In this document: piece after piece, positions 9,266 to 20,096 of the stretch
How the letters are laid out: each line of letters starts with the position of its first letter
How positions within the stretch are numbered: position 1 is the stretch's first letter
Source of the DNA: Candidatus Levyibacteriota bacterium
GTDB lineage: Bacteria > Patescibacteriota > Microgenomatia > Levybacterales > UBA12049
Assembly: GCA_009695045.1 (NCBI GenBank)
Contig: SIBS01000002.1
Location: forward strand, 92,774 to 149,594
Direction: 5' to 3'
Length of the DNA: 56,821 bases
The notes under the pieces: generated by a model
What the model saw: the letters and a program-made list of their open reading frames with translations, nothing else
What the model was told of the DNA's origin: nothing
Database searches by the model: none
Translations under genes and position numbers: made by a program

Positions 9266-10900
9266 TTAATATTCTTCGAGAGTTGATGTATCTCCAATTG
9301 GTTGTCCAAGCTCTTTTGCTTTTAAAATACGTCTCATAATTTTTCCACTTCTAGTTTTTGGCAACTTATCAATAAATTCAATTTCTCGTGGGTAAGCGTG
9401 TCCAGCAAGCTGTTTTTTTACATGTTGCTGCAATTCTTCTTTTAACACATCGTTTCCTTCTATCCCAGGCTTTAATACAACAAATGCTTTAATAATCTCT
9501 CCCCTTAATTCATCAGGCTTACCGATAACACCAGCCTCTACAACGCTATCATGCTCTACTAATGCGCTTTCTACTTCAAAGGGACCTATCCGCTCTCCTG
9601 AAGTTTTAATTACATCATCTGCTCGACCAATGAACCAGAAGTATCCATCTTTATCTTTTTTTGCCCTATCTCCAGAAATATACCAACCATCTTTAAAATA
9701 ACTATCATATTTTTCTTGATTATTCCAAACGGTTCGCATCATAGATGGCCAAGGATATTTAAGTGCTAAATTTCCCTCTTTTCCATCTGCAACAATATTA
9801 TAATCATCATCTATAATTGACGCCTGAACCCATGGAAATGGCATACCCATTGATCCTGGTTTTACTGCAATTTGCGGAGTATTCGTAATTTGTATTGAGC
9901 CAGTTTCAGTTTGCCACCATCCATCATGAAATGGTTTGCCAAAAACTTTTTCACTCCATATAACTGCTTCTGGATTCAATGGCTCACCAACACTTGCGAG
10001 ATAGCGAAGTGAAGTAAGATCAAATTTTTTAACCAAATCATCACCTTTTGCCATTAACATGCGAATCGCTGTGGGAGCAGAATACCAAACCGTAATTTTA
10101 TGTTTTTCTAAAAATTTATACCAAATTTCAGGATCAAACCTACCACCATAAATATATGTTGTTATACCAAGTGACCAATTACTTAATATACTATAAACAA
10201 TACCAGTAACCCATCCAGGATCGGCTGTACACCAGTATTTATCTTCTGATTTTAAATCAAGAGCAACTTTTGCACTTTGATGCTGCTGTAGGATGCCATA
10301 ATGACTATGAACAATGCCTTTTGGCTTACCAGTTGTTCCAGATGTATAAAGCATAAATGCATAGTCTTCTGGTTCTGTATGCACTACTTCAAATTGGTCA
10401 CTTTCATTTTCTAACTCTTTTTTGAAATCAACACTATCTACAATAATAATTTTTTCTAATTTTGGTAATTCATTTTTTACTGCTTCTATTCGTTCGGATA
10501 ATTCCTTAGTGGTAATTACAACTTTTGCCTCTGAATTCTCAAGTCTATCCTTAAGCGCATCTTTACCAAATGCAGAAAACATAGTACCTGCGATTGCACC
10601 TGTTTTTAGAATACTTAAAAAACTTATATAAATTTCTGGTATGCGAGGAAGAAAAAGAAACACCCTATCACCTTTCATAACTCCTTTTCTTGTAAGATAA
10701 TTAGCAATTTTATTTGATATTTTTATTAAATCAGAAAATGTAAAAATTTGTATATCTCCTGACTCAGATTCATATATTAAAGCAGATTTTTGTTCGATAG
10801 GGGTATTTTTATATTTATCTAATGCATTATGAGCAGCATTTAGTGATCCATCTTCAAACCATGCAACATCATTTTTTATACTTTGCCAAAACTCATCCAT
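9266..10900 (-). CDS. acsA: Acetyl-CoA synthetase (AMP-forming)
   Basis: YTSGTTGKPKG, ADPGWVTG, WWQTETG, LPKTRSGKIMRR. Confidence 0.92.
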   Translation of the reverse strand: MDEFWQSIKNDVAWFEDGSLNAAHNALDKYKNTPIEQKSALIYESESGDIQIFTFSDLIKISNKIANYLTRKGVMKGDRVFLFLPRIPEIYISFLSILKTGAIAGTMFSAFGKDALKDRLENSEAKVVITTKELSERIEAVKNELPKLEKIIIVDSVDFKKELENESDQFEVVHTEPEDYAFMLYTSGTTGKPKGIVHSHYGILQQHQSAKVALDLKSEDKYWCTADPGWVTGIVYSILSNWSLGITTYIYGGRFDPEIWYKFLEKHKITVWYSAPTAIRMLMAKGDDLVKKFDLTSLRYLASVGEPLNPEAVIWSEKVFGKPFHDGWWQTETGSIQITNTPQIAVKPGSMGMPFPWVQASIIDDDYNIVADGKEGNLALKYPWPSMMRTVWNNQEKYDSYFKDGWYISGDRAKKDKDGYFWFIGRADDVIKTSGERIGPFEVESALVEHDSVVEAGVIGKPDELRGEIIKAFVVLKPGIEGNDVLKEELQQHVKKQLAGHAYPREIEFIDKLPKTRSGKIMRRILKAKELGQPIGDTSTLEEY

Positions 10901-10957
10901 AAATAAATAATATCAGAAATTTTATAAAATTAGCAAATTCTTATTTTAAATTATTAA

Positions 10958-11587
10958 TTATGAAATATTTTTATTTACTGCACGAATTTCTTTATTAATT
11001 AGCTTACCATTAATATCTATATTGTATATATATACTTCTCCTGTTCCTATTTCAAAATCTACAATATCATCATCAGAAATATTTTCAAGAAATTTTACTA
11101 ATGCACGTAAAGCATTTCCAGAAGAAGAAATGATTACATTTTTATTATTTTTAATAATCGGAATAATAGTCGATTTAAAATAGGGGATAATACGATCATA
11201 TACTTGTTTTAATGATTCCCCATTTGGAATTGGATAGTTCCAACTACGGCGAAGCTTGAGAAATTCATCGTCACCGATTATTTTTTTTATATCCCATTTA
11301 TTCTTAGCCGTAAAATCACCATAATTTCTTTCATTGAGCTCCCTAGCTGATACTGTAGGAATATCTTGTATATTTATTATTTTCTTTATTTCATCTAATG
11401 TTTCTTTTGCTCGTTTTAAAGATGAAGAGAATGCATAATCTAGATGAATATCTTTAATAGATTCACCTGCTCTCATAGCCTCTTCAACGCCCTTTTTAGT
11501 AAGTGATGGAGCATCATCCCAACCGCTCCATAAACCATTTTCATTATATGTTGTAATACCATGACGAACAAGTATAAGGTAGGCCAT
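10958..11587 (-). CDS. gpmA: 2,3-bisphosphoglycerate-dependent phosphoglycerate mutase
   Basis: LILVRHG, LNERNYG, PNGESLK; ATG at 11587 preferred over TTG at 11614; adjacent to eno. Confidence 0.85.
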   Translation of the reverse strand: MAYLILVRHGITTYNENGLWSGWDDAPSLTKKGVEEAMRAGESIKDIHLDYAFSSSLKRAKETLDEIKKIINIQDIPTVSARELNERNYGDFTAKNKWDIKKIIGDDEFLKLRRSWNYPIPNGESLKQVYDRIIPYFKSTIIPIIKNNKNVIISSSGNALRALVKFLENISDDDIVDFEIGTGEVYIYNIDINGKLINKEIRAVNKNIS

Positions 11588-11588
11588 A

Positions 11589-12881
11589 TTATTTGGTAGA
11601 TTGAGAAAGTCCAATAATTTGCTTTTCTATTTCAAGCAATCTATTGTATTTTGCTACACGCTCACCCCTAACTGGAGCTCCAAATTTTACATAATCAGAT
11701 TGTATAGCAACAGCAAAATCTGCCATGAAATCATCATTTGTTTCGCCACTTCTATGAGAAACGATTGTCTTTAACCCTGCATTTTTAGCAATTTCAACAA
11801 CTACTAATGATTCCATTATTGTACCTATTTGATTAGGTTTAATAATAATTCCCGTAATAGCTTTTTTTATGATTGCAGTTTGCAATCTATAAGGATTAGT
11901 TGCTGTTAAATCATCTCCCACTATGATAGTTTCATTTCCAATTAACCCATTAAGCTTAGTCCATCCATCCCAATCGTCTTCTGATAAAGCATCCTCGAGA
12001 TACATTAGATGAAATTTTTTATTAACTCCAACATAATAATCTATTATTTCGTCGACCCCATATGGAATTTGTCTATCTCTTAAGACATACTGTTTTTGTA
12101 AAAGAAAACTATTCGAAGCCGCATCTAAGCCAAGAAAAACATCATAACCAACGCGATAGCTTGTTTGACCTACGGCATCAACTATTACCGATAAGGCATC
12201 CATATTAGTAAAAAATATAGGTCCGAATCCTCCCTCATCCCCAACAAGAGTGGTCATTCCTTGCTCCTTAAGCTTTATGGATAATGCTCTATATATATCT
12301 ATTCCCATTTTTAATGCATAGCTATATTGTTTAGATCCTGCAGGAATTATTATAAATTCTTGAAAATCTAAATTCATACCAGCATGTTTACCGCCATTAA
12401 TAATATTAAATATAGGGGTAGGAATTTTAAGAGATGACTTATCAACTGATTGAGATTCTCCTATATTAATAAATTGTCTAAGATATTCAAATAGAGGTAT
12501 TTTTTGACTATTAGCTGCTGCACGACTAACCGCCATTGAAACAGATAGCATTGAATTAGCACCCAACATGCTCTTATTTTCCGTACCATCATATTCAATC
12601 ATCGACTTATCAATATCAGGTTGATCATTTGCCTCTTTGCCAATAAGTTTGGGGCTAATAAGTTTTTCTACATTTTCTACTGCTTTTAAAATACCTAATC
12701 CATCAAATCTCTTTAGATCATGATCTCTAATTTCTATAGCTTCATATGCTCCAACTGATGATCCACTAGGACAAGATGCTGATGCGATAGTATCATCATC
12801 AAGAAAAACTGTTGTTTCTATTGTTGGATTTCCTCTAGAATCAAATATTTCTCTTGCGGTTATATTTTTTATTTTAGCCAT
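11589..12881 (-). CDS. eno: Enolase
   Basis: DSRGNPT, VGDEGGF, IKPNQIGT, VSHRSGET, ERVAKYNRLL. Confidence 0.97.
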   Translation of the reverse strand: MAKIKNITAREIFDSRGNPTIETTVFLDDDTIASASCPSGSSVGAYEAIEIRDHDLKRFDGLGILKAVENVEKLISPKLIGKEANDQPDIDKSMIEYDGTENKSMLGANSMLSVSMAVSRAAANSQKIPLFEYLRQFINIGESQSVDKSSLKIPTPIFNIINGGKHAGMNLDFQEFIIIPAGSKQYSYALKMGIDIYRALSIKLKEQGMTTLVGDEGGFGPIFFTNMDALSVIVDAVGQTSYRVGYDVFLGLDAASNSFLLQKQYVLRDRQIPYGVDEIIDYYVGVNKKFHLMYLEDALSEDDWDGWTKLNGLIGNETIIVGDDLTATNPYRLQTAIIKKAITGIIIKPNQIGTIMESLVVVEIAKNAGLKTIVSHRSGETNDDFMADFAVAIQSDYVKFGAPVRGERVAKYNRLLEIEKQIIGLSQSTK

Positions 12882-12898
12882 AGATTTATTTTACTATG

Positions 12899-15169
12899 TT
12901 ATCTTAACATTTTTCTTTCAATTTCCATAATAGTTCTTCTAGTATTTTCAATCGCATCCGGTGACACGGATACGCTAGTTATTCCCCATGATACAAGTTT
13001 TTCTAAAAGATGAGGGTAAGAAGAAGCAGCTTGACCACAAATAGATGATGTTATGCGATGCTTATGGGCAATCTTAATTACATGTTCTAATGCCCAAAGA
13101 ACTGCTTCATTTTGTTCATCAAATTCTCTAGCAACTTCACTATTATCTCGATCTGTGCCAAGTAATAGCATTGTTAAATCATTAGAGCCAATAGATACAC
13201 CATCAATCCCAGCATATATAAACTTATCTAGCAATATAACATTTGATGGAATTTCTACCATCATCCATAATTTAAATGATTCAGATCGATATAAACCAGC
13301 ACTTGAAATAATTTTTTTAGCAGTAACTAGTTCTCTCACAGTTCTTACGAAAGGAAGCATTATCCAAAGATTTTTATGAGTTTCACGTACTTTTTTAACT
13401 GCTTCAAGCTCTAATTCAAAAACCTCTGGATCACTTATGTATCGAAATGTACCCCTAAAACCAAGCATTGGATTTGGTTCAATTGCTTCATAATCTTTTC
13501 CTCCAACAAGATTACGATATTCATTTGTTTTAAAATCAGATGTCCTATACACAACTGGACGAGGATAAAATGCTTGACAAAAAGACTGTAATCCCTCAGC
13601 AAGCTTATTAATATACATTTGCTTTTTATGATCATGTATAAGTTTTTTTGGATGAATACCAATTTGTGCCATCATAAATTCAGCACGAAGAAGACCAATA
13701 CCATCAACATTTTTAATTGAAATATTTTGAGCAAGTTCTGGCTCAGCCAAGTTTACATATACTTTTGTAGCAGTTTTTATATAAGAACGTGATTCGATAA
13801 GTTTTGGTATTGCTACAGTTGATGAAAGCAGCCCTCCTTTAAAAACTAGCCCTTTTGAACCATTAACCGTAATTATATTGCCAGTTTTAATAAGTTTTGT
13901 TGCCTTCTGAGACCCTACAACTGCAGGAATTCCTAATTCCCTAGATACAATAGCAGCATGAGAAGTTCTACCCCCGCTATCAGTAACTATAGCAACTGCT
14001 TTTTTCATAGCAGGAACGAAGTCTGGATTCGTTTGTGGAGCAACTAATATCTCTCCAGATAAAACGGTGCCTATCTCTCTTGCGCTATTTATAACTCTAG
14101 CTGGTCCAGTTGCAATTCCTGGACTTGCAGGGTCACCAGAAATTATTAACTTAAGATTAGATGTTTTTGATTGATTTTCTTTATCCTGCTTAGCGGTTTC
14201 AGATTTTTTACCAACCGTAGTAATTGGACGAGTTTGAACAATGTAAATTTTATTTTTTTCTATCGCCCATTCACTATCTTGAGGAAAATAATAATGTTTT
14301 TCTAATTTTTTACCAATACTTGCTAATGCAATTATTTGAGATGAAGTTAATTTTTGTTTTAGTCCAATGCTTTTTGGTAATTTAATTATCTTATTTAATT
14401 TACCTACTTTTTTCATCATAAATGTTTGAGCATTTACATCTTTATTTATAATTTTTTCTTCTTTTTTTGATACTTCATAATGATCAGGATTTACTTGACC
14501 CTGTACGATCATTTCTCCGAGACCAAAAATTGCTTCAATAACTATTTTTGATTTATCATTAGTAACAGGGTCTATCGTAAACATTATTCCTGATTTTTCA
14601 GATTCAACCATTTTCTGTACAACGATTGCAATCCCAATTCTAAAATGATCAAAATTTTGTTGATGACGATAAAAAATTGCCCTAGCATTAAAAAGAGATG
14701 CCCATGCATCCTTTATGGCGATTAAAAGATTTGCTTCACCTTTTACATTGAGATATGTTTCCTGTTGTCCCGCAAATGAGGCCCCTGGTAAATCTTCTGC
14801 TGTTGCCGATGATCGAACCGCAACTAATCCATCTTTAAAAATACCACCCAGTCTTTTATATGCTGAATATACTTCTTTTGCAAGCGTCTCATTTAGATCT
14901 GAATCTATTATAAGTTTTTTAATATGATTAGATATTTGAGAGAGTGAATCTGAATTATCAAAATTTGTTGTTTGAAGTAAGTGCTTAATCTTGATATTGA
15001 GATTATTCTCTTTTAGAAATTGATAATAAGCGCTTGATGTAACTATAAAACCATCAGGAACTGGAAAATTAAATTTTACCATTTCTCCAAGATTAGCTCC
15101 TTTTCCGCCAACAAGAGCTATGTCATTCTTATCAACATCTTTAAACCACATAACTTGAGCAGTAGTCAT
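12899..15169 (-). CDS. ppsA: Phosphoenolpyruvate synthase
   Basis: GGKGANLGE, VRSSATAEDLPGASFAGQQET, GGRTSHAAIVSRE, SIGSNDLT. Confidence 0.96.
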   Translation of the reverse strand: MTTAQVMWFKDVDKNDIALVGGKGANLGEMVKFNFPVPDGFIVTSSAYYQFLKENNLNIKIKHLLQTTNFDNSDSLSQISNHIKKLIIDSDLNETLAKEVYSAYKRLGGIFKDGLVAVRSSATAEDLPGASFAGQQETYLNVKGEANLLIAIKDAWASLFNARAIFYRHQQNFDHFRIGIAIVVQKMVESEKSGIMFTIDPVTNDKSKIVIEAIFGLGEMIVQGQVNPDHYEVSKKEEKIINKDVNAQTFMMKKVGKLNKIIKLPKSIGLKQKLTSSQIIALASIGKKLEKHYYFPQDSEWAIEKNKIYIVQTRPITTVGKKSETAKQDKENQSKTSNLKLIISGDPASPGIATGPARVINSAREIGTVLSGEILVAPQTNPDFVPAMKKAVAIVTDSGGRTSHAAIVSRELGIPAVVGSQKATKLIKTGNIITVNGSKGLVFKGGLLSSTVAIPKLIESRSYIKTATKVYVNLAEPELAQNISIKNVDGIGLLRAEFMMAQIGIHPKKLIHDHKKQMYINKLAEGLQSFCQAFYPRPVVYRTSDFKTNEYRNLVGGKDYEAIEPNPMLGFRGTFRYISDPEVFELELEAVKKVRETHKNLWIMLPFVRTVRELVTAKKIISSAGLYRSESFKLWMMVEIPSNVILLDKFIYAGIDGVSIGSNDLTMLLLGTDRDNSEVAREFDEQNEAVLWALEHVIKIAHKHRITSSICGQAASSYPHLLEKLVSWGITSVSVSPDAIENTRRTIMEIERKMLR

Positions 15170-15221
15170 AATTTTATTATAGATGGGAACTTAAACGATT
15201 AGCAAGCAAGGAATTATACTC

Positions 15222-16262
15222 TTATTTAAGCTTTTCCTTAAAATAATCGACCCAAGGATTTACAGATGGATTTTGATCATAAATAAGACCTAAATATAAA
15301 GTGAGATAGCTACCATAAATCATTGTTTCAATAAAATCATCATATATGGTTTTGCCATCTAATTTAAATTCTGTTATTAATTGATTATTGTTTTTAACAA
15401 CGTCTATGGTAAGATTCATTCTAAGCTTTATTTTTTCAGTATATTGATTTGAATTAAGAAGTATAAATTGAAGTATTGAGGGTTGAGGAAATTGTAGCCC
15501 CTCCATAAGATGATGATTTAAATCTGGCACAAGATAATATGAAGAAAAAGTTTTACTGGTTTCATTAAACTGATTTCTCATAATTTGTGCATTTCCAGAT
15601 AGATGTTCAGCTCCAAAAATGATGGGAATTTTACCAATGTAAATCTTTGCATCACTCATTGCTTTTTCTTTTATATTTTCCTCTTTATTTTTTACATATA
15701 AAAATGCATCGATAATCTCTTTTTCATTTATATTGATTAAATTTGATTTTCGTAATAATCCCAGTAATCCTAATATTGTGTATCCATTACCAAGTCTTGG
15801 AATATTGGCAATATTTAATTTGCCATCAAAAATATAAGATGGTATATTATTCTTTTTTGCAATATCCCCAAGTGGACCCCCCTTTGTAAGTATTAACATT
15901 TTTGATTTCTTCTGCAGAGCATCTACTGCGCAAGAAATTACCTCTTCTGTTGTACCCGAATAGCTAGTTAAAACAACTAAAGAATTTTCATTTACATAAG
16001 CAGGAAGATGATAATCAGATATTATCTCTATTGGGAACTTTGTATTTGATCCTAAGAGAGATTTAAATACCAATGCACCATAAATAGAGGCACCCATACC
16101 GCAAAACACAATATTTGAAACTGAAGAAAAATCTTGAGGCATTAAAATTTCATTTACCTCTTTCCATGCAGATTGACATTGCATTATTAATTGATTAGTA
16201 GAGCCGAGCGTGTTTTGAGGATCAATTTTTTTTATTGCCTCTAAATCATTAAGATTTTTCAT
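15222..16262 (-). CDS. Bifunctional phosphoglucose/phosphomannose isomerase (SIS domain)
   Basis: GMGAS, SYSGTTEE, QFNETSK, PDLNHH motifs. Confidence 0.82.
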   Translation of the reverse strand: MKNLNDLEAIKKIDPQNTLGSTNQLIMQCQSAWKEVNEILMPQDFSSVSNIVFCGMGASIYGALVFKSLLGSNTKFPIEIISDYHLPAYVNENSLVVLTSYSGTTEEVISCAVDALQKKSKMLILTKGGPLGDIAKKNNIPSYIFDGKLNIANIPRLGNGYTILGLLGLLRKSNLININEKEIIDAFLYVKNKEENIKEKAMSDAKIYIGKIPIIFGAEHLSGNAQIMRNQFNETSKTFSSYYLVPDLNHHLMEGLQFPQPSILQFILLNSNQYTEKIKLRMNLTIDVVKNNNQLITEFKLDGKTIYDDFIETMIYGSYLTLYLGLIYDQNPSVNPWVDYFKEKLK

Positions 16263-16700
16263 TTATATTTCACCTCGTTCTTTTTTTCTTATATCAGGTG
16301 TCTCATTTATCCTTTTATAATCATCATCTAGTCTATAAGTTGTGCCAGTTTCAGGTGATGATACCTCAATAATATCACAATCTGAAATTGCCTGATGCCT
16401 ATGTCGTTGTCCAATTTTGGTGGTATAGCCTTTACCTTTTTCCATTTCTATAGTTTCGAGTTCTCCATGAGAATTTTCAAGAACGAGATTACACTCACCA
16501 TTTAATAACCAATAACTTTCTTGTTTTTGATCATGAAGCTGAAGACTCAAACGTTTACCTGCATCGATATGAAGAATCTTACCCATATATGGCATTTTTT
16601 CTTCAACCCAATGAATTTCATATCCCCATGGTTTAATAATTTTTTTTGCATATGACTTATTGGTGTAATTACTTTTGTCGAATTTATCAAAATCAATCAT
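16263..16700 (-). CDS. Cupin, mannose-6-phosphate isomerase type II C-terminal-like
   Basis: KPWG, LSLQLHDQKQES, EVSSPE, RLDDDY. Confidence 0.82.
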   Translation of the reverse strand: MIDFDKFDKSNYTNKSYAKKIIKPWGYEIHWVEEKMPYMGKILHIDAGKRLSLQLHDQKQESYWLLNGECNLVLENSHGELETIEMEKGKGYTTKIGQRHRHQAISDCDIIEVSSPETGTTYRLDDDYKRINETPDIRKKERGEI

Positions 16701-16713
16701 ATTATTTATAATT

Positions 16714-18126
16714 TTAACTATTAGACTTTATAATTTTATATTTTTCGGCGATGTTTTCAATAAATCCTGTTAATTCATTTTTTTTCTCACTGGTTATATT
16801 TTTATTTTCAGACTCAACATTAAGACGGAGAAGGGGTTCGGTATTTGAAGTTCGCACAGAAAATCTCCATTCCGGATATGTAATCGCAATTCCATCAAGA
16901 TTAGATATCTCCCCATCTTTATATTTTTCTGAAAGAGCAAGAATAATTTCAGAAGCATTATTTACCTTAAAGTTAAATTCTCCTGACTCAAAACTACGAC
17001 TAAGTGATGATATAATTTCTGAAAGCTTCTTACCAGTCTCGCTCATTATCTTAAGCACAATAAGTATTATGGGAAGTTGTGCTTCCGCATTTCCCGTAGC
17101 CTTAAAAAAATAATGTGCAGATGATTCTCCCGCAAAAATACCTCCAACCTCATGCATTTTTTCTGTTATAAAAGCATGACCGACTTTAGTAACTACTGAC
17201 TTTCCGCCAGATTCTTCTATAATTTTCTTTGGAGTTATAATATATCGAATATCATAAAGTATCTTTTGATTAGGATTTTTATTAAGTAGCTCTCGCGCAA
17301 CAAGTGCGGTAATATGGGAGGGTTGAACAATCTGCCCCTTTTCATCTATAAAAAATAATCTATCACCGTCTCCGTCAGGAGCAAGTCCGAAATCTGCTTT
17401 TTCCTCAATAACTTTCTTTTGTAAATCTATAAGGGTATCTAATTGAAGAGGGTCAGCTGGATGAACTGGGAAATTACCATCTAATTCAAAATTCATACGG
17501 ACAAGATTTCCTGGAATATTTCTAAAAAGTTCATCAATATATGTAGCACCCATTGCATTGGCAGCATCTGCAACAATTTTAAATGGGAGAATTATAGGAT
17601 TATTTGCAATAATAAATGCATTTTTCACCTCATCCTTCATAATGTTATTCTTCTGAGTTATTGTGCCAAATTTAATAGATGATGATGGATTTATTCCTTC
17701 AATAGTCATGCGCTTAATCTCATCCATACCAGTTGACTTGCCAATTTTTACTAATCCATTAGTAGTATTGCGAACTATTTTTATCCCGTTATATTCTTTT
17801 GGATTATGAGATGCAGTTATTTGAAATCCACCATCGTATCCATAATGAAATACTGTGAAGTAGAGCGTTGGAGTTGAAACAACTCCAGCGTCAATAATAG
17901 TAGCCCCAAGCTGTAAAAGTGTCTTTATAGCAATAGTAAATAAAGATGGTGATGATAAACGCATATCTCTTCCAACAACAATGGTAATACTTTCTGTTGT
18001 ATTTTTTTCTTTTTGTATTAAAACATAAATAGCTTTTATTATGGGGATAATGTTTTCTTCATTAATTTCTTGAGGATAAATTCCACGAATATCATAGCTT
18101 TTAAATATATTTTCAGGAATATTCAT
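16714..18126 (-). CDS. Phosphomannomutase/phosphoglucomutase
   Basis: YDIRG, TASHNP, DGDGDR, GESSAH, RTSNTEP. Confidence 0.95.
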   Translation of the reverse strand: MNIPENIFKSYDIRGIYPQEINEENIIPIIKAIYVLIQKEKNTTESITIVVGRDMRLSSPSLFTIAIKTLLQLGATIIDAGVVSTPTLYFTVFHYGYDGGFQITASHNPKEYNGIKIVRNTTNGLVKIGKSTGMDEIKRMTIEGINPSSSIKFGTITQKNNIMKDEVKNAFIIANNPIILPFKIVADAANAMGATYIDELFRNIPGNLVRMNFELDGNFPVHPADPLQLDTLIDLQKKVIEEKADFGLAPDGDGDRLFFIDEKGQIVQPSHITALVARELLNKNPNQKILYDIRYIITPKKIIEESGGKSVVTKVGHAFITEKMHEVGGIFAGESSAHYFFKATGNAEAQLPIILIVLKIMSETGKKLSEIISSLSRSFESGEFNFKVNNASEIILALSEKYKDGEISNLDGIAITYPEWRFSVRTSNTEPLLRLNVESENKNITSEKKNELTGFIENIAEKYKIIKSNS

Positions 18127-18138
18127 ATAGGAATAAAT

Positions 18139-18828
18139 TTACAGCGAAAGCAAAAAAAAGTCAATAGATTGACTAAGTGAAAGTGAATTTGTTCCTATTT
18201 TAATATCTGAATCTATAATTGCTAATTTTCTATATACCTCTATTAGGTATTTTGGAGAAAAATATTGAGATTGTTTTCTAATTTTTATTTTTTGCCAAGG
18301 TTGAAGTCTTTTTAATTCATTTATTTGCTCAGGAATCTCATCTTTAATAGTCAAAAGTAATCGAAATCGACTAACAAGCATTGAGAAAATCAATTGCACC
18401 TCTTCGATTTGTAAAACTTTATGGAATAAATCTATATTTTTAATATTATTTGGTTTAATATTATCTAAAAATGTAAAAATAATACTTGGCAATAAAAATG
18501 AAACATTAATACTATCTACTGGTAATAAAGATAAATCTTTCTTAGTAATGCTTTTATCTTCCCACAAGTAAAATTGATACATTTGACTATTTTTTTTTAT
18601 AAAAATAATAATCTCTGTAAATTCATTTGATTTTTTCCCTAAAAAGAAATTTTCTATAAAAATTGATTTAGTCTCTGAAAATAACCCAGATCCATCTACG
18701 CATTGCATTAATAATGTTAATGTAATTTTTTTTCCTTCAAAAATAACTGGGTTATCTACTTTTTGTCTAATTAATAAGTAATAATTTCTTGATTTTGAAA
18801 AATCATCACCATGAATAATTGTAATCAT
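18139..18828 (-). CDS. holA: DNA polymerase III delta subunit-like protein (short)
   Basis: MITIIHGDD N-terminus, SGLFSE, IFTFLD and C-terminal LAIIDSDIKIG pattern. Confidence 0.72.
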   Translation of the reverse strand: MITIIHGDDFSKSRNYYLLIRQKVDNPVIFEGKKITLTLLMQCVDGSGLFSETKSIFIENFFLGKKSNEFTEIIIFIKKNSQMYQFYLWEDKSITKKDLSLLPVDSINVSFLLPSIIFTFLDNIKPNNIKNIDLFHKVLQIEEVQLIFSMLVSRFRLLLTIKDEIPEQINELKRLQPWQKIKIRKQSQYFSPKYLIEVYRKLAIIDSDIKIGTNSLSLSQSIDFFLLSL

Positions 18829-18890
18829 AATATTAATATTTACCTAATCAGATCTAAATATCTATAAATTCAGAAATTAATAGCATATTA

Positions 18891-20036
18891 TTAAATTTTC
18901 AGTAACCAGCGTATTGCTTTTTTAACATCTTCTGACAATTTAGATACCTTTAATATATTTTCATGATATGAGAAGTCTTTTATATCTTGAATTATTTTGC
19001 TTTCTATTTTTTTATCAACAATTATTTTTTCTAGCTTTGGTTCACCTTTAATTTTTTCTATTTTTTCAACAATTTTATATACTTTACTTTTTGAACCATC
19101 GGAATTTATAAAAGAAAATTCATCAAATGGAGCGCCAGCTTCCAGAATAAATGGGATAATAGCTACGATTCTTGAATTATTCCATACATTATCTAGTGCT
19201 GTAGCAAAATAAATTGATATTAAATCATCAGAAACTACCTTATTGGACCATCCGGTTTCAGTTATAAATACAGGGATATCTTTCCCGTTCGTTAATGACT
19301 CAATTAATCTTTTCTCATAAAGAAAACTTGTAATAGTTGTGGCACCTTTAATGCTTGGTGGCTGAGCAAATGCGGGATTTGGATAAGAATGACTTGCTAA
19401 ACCATCAATATTATTAAAAATACCAGGAATCGCATTATTCATTTCTCGAAAATAATCATATTGATTAATAGATACTCCTCTAACCGTGGCAGCACCATTA
19501 TCCATTCCTGAAGATATAATAAAGAAATCTTTATTTATTGATTTAAAAATTTCAATTGAATAATTTAATATATCAGCATATTCTGAAGGATTAGTTGACC
19601 CTCCCCATTCATCACTTCTATTTACTTCATTAAAAATGATTATATAGCGATTAGTTATTGGCCATGTTAAAGAATCTAAAAAATTTGCAAAATCAAGAAT
19701 ATCCCAATATTTGGGCTTGCTCCAAACCAAGGAATTGAAATAATCAATCTCTGTTGCTATTCGAATAATTGGGATTATATGTAATTCCTTAGCATCATCC
19801 ATAAATTTTTGCCATTTTAATAAATCTTTATCTCCTGCTTGAATTGGAATAACTACGTATCCCCAGTCTCCATTTGCATTTACCAATTTTGCAGCATTTA
19901 TAATCTCAGATGGAAATAATATATGTATGCCTATTTTATTATTTGGCACATCAAGCGGATTTTCTATTGCATATGCAGGCATAATTCTAAATATTGATAA
20001 TAAGATTGTAAGCAAAAATACATAAATAAATTTCAT
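18891..20036 (-). CDS. Secreted clan GH-A glycoside hydrolase (GH5/GH39-like)
   Basis: Signal peptide, FNEVN acid/base motif, SHSYP, VFITETGW nucleophile motif. Confidence 0.78.
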   Translation of the reverse strand: MKFIYVFLLTILLSIFRIMPAYAIENPLDVPNNKIGIHILFPSEIINAAKLVNANGDWGYVVIPIQAGDKDLLKWQKFMDDAKELHIIPIIRIATEIDYFNSLVWSKPKYWDILDFANFLDSLTWPITNRYIIIFNEVNRSDEWGGSTNPSEYADILNYSIEIFKSINKDFFIISSGMDNGAATVRGVSINQYDYFREMNNAIPGIFNNIDGLASHSYPNPAFAQPPSIKGATTITSFLYEKRLIESLTNGKDIPVFITETGWSNKVVSDDLISIYFATALDNVWNNSRIVAIIPFILEAGAPFDEFSFINSDGSKSKVYKIVEKIEKIKGEPKLEKIIVDKKIESKIIQDIKDFSYHENILKVSKLSEDVKKAIRWLLKI

Positions 20037-20096
20037 ACTTTTAATTATACATTACATAGATAACAAAATATAATTTCACATGATATAATAAAAAAG

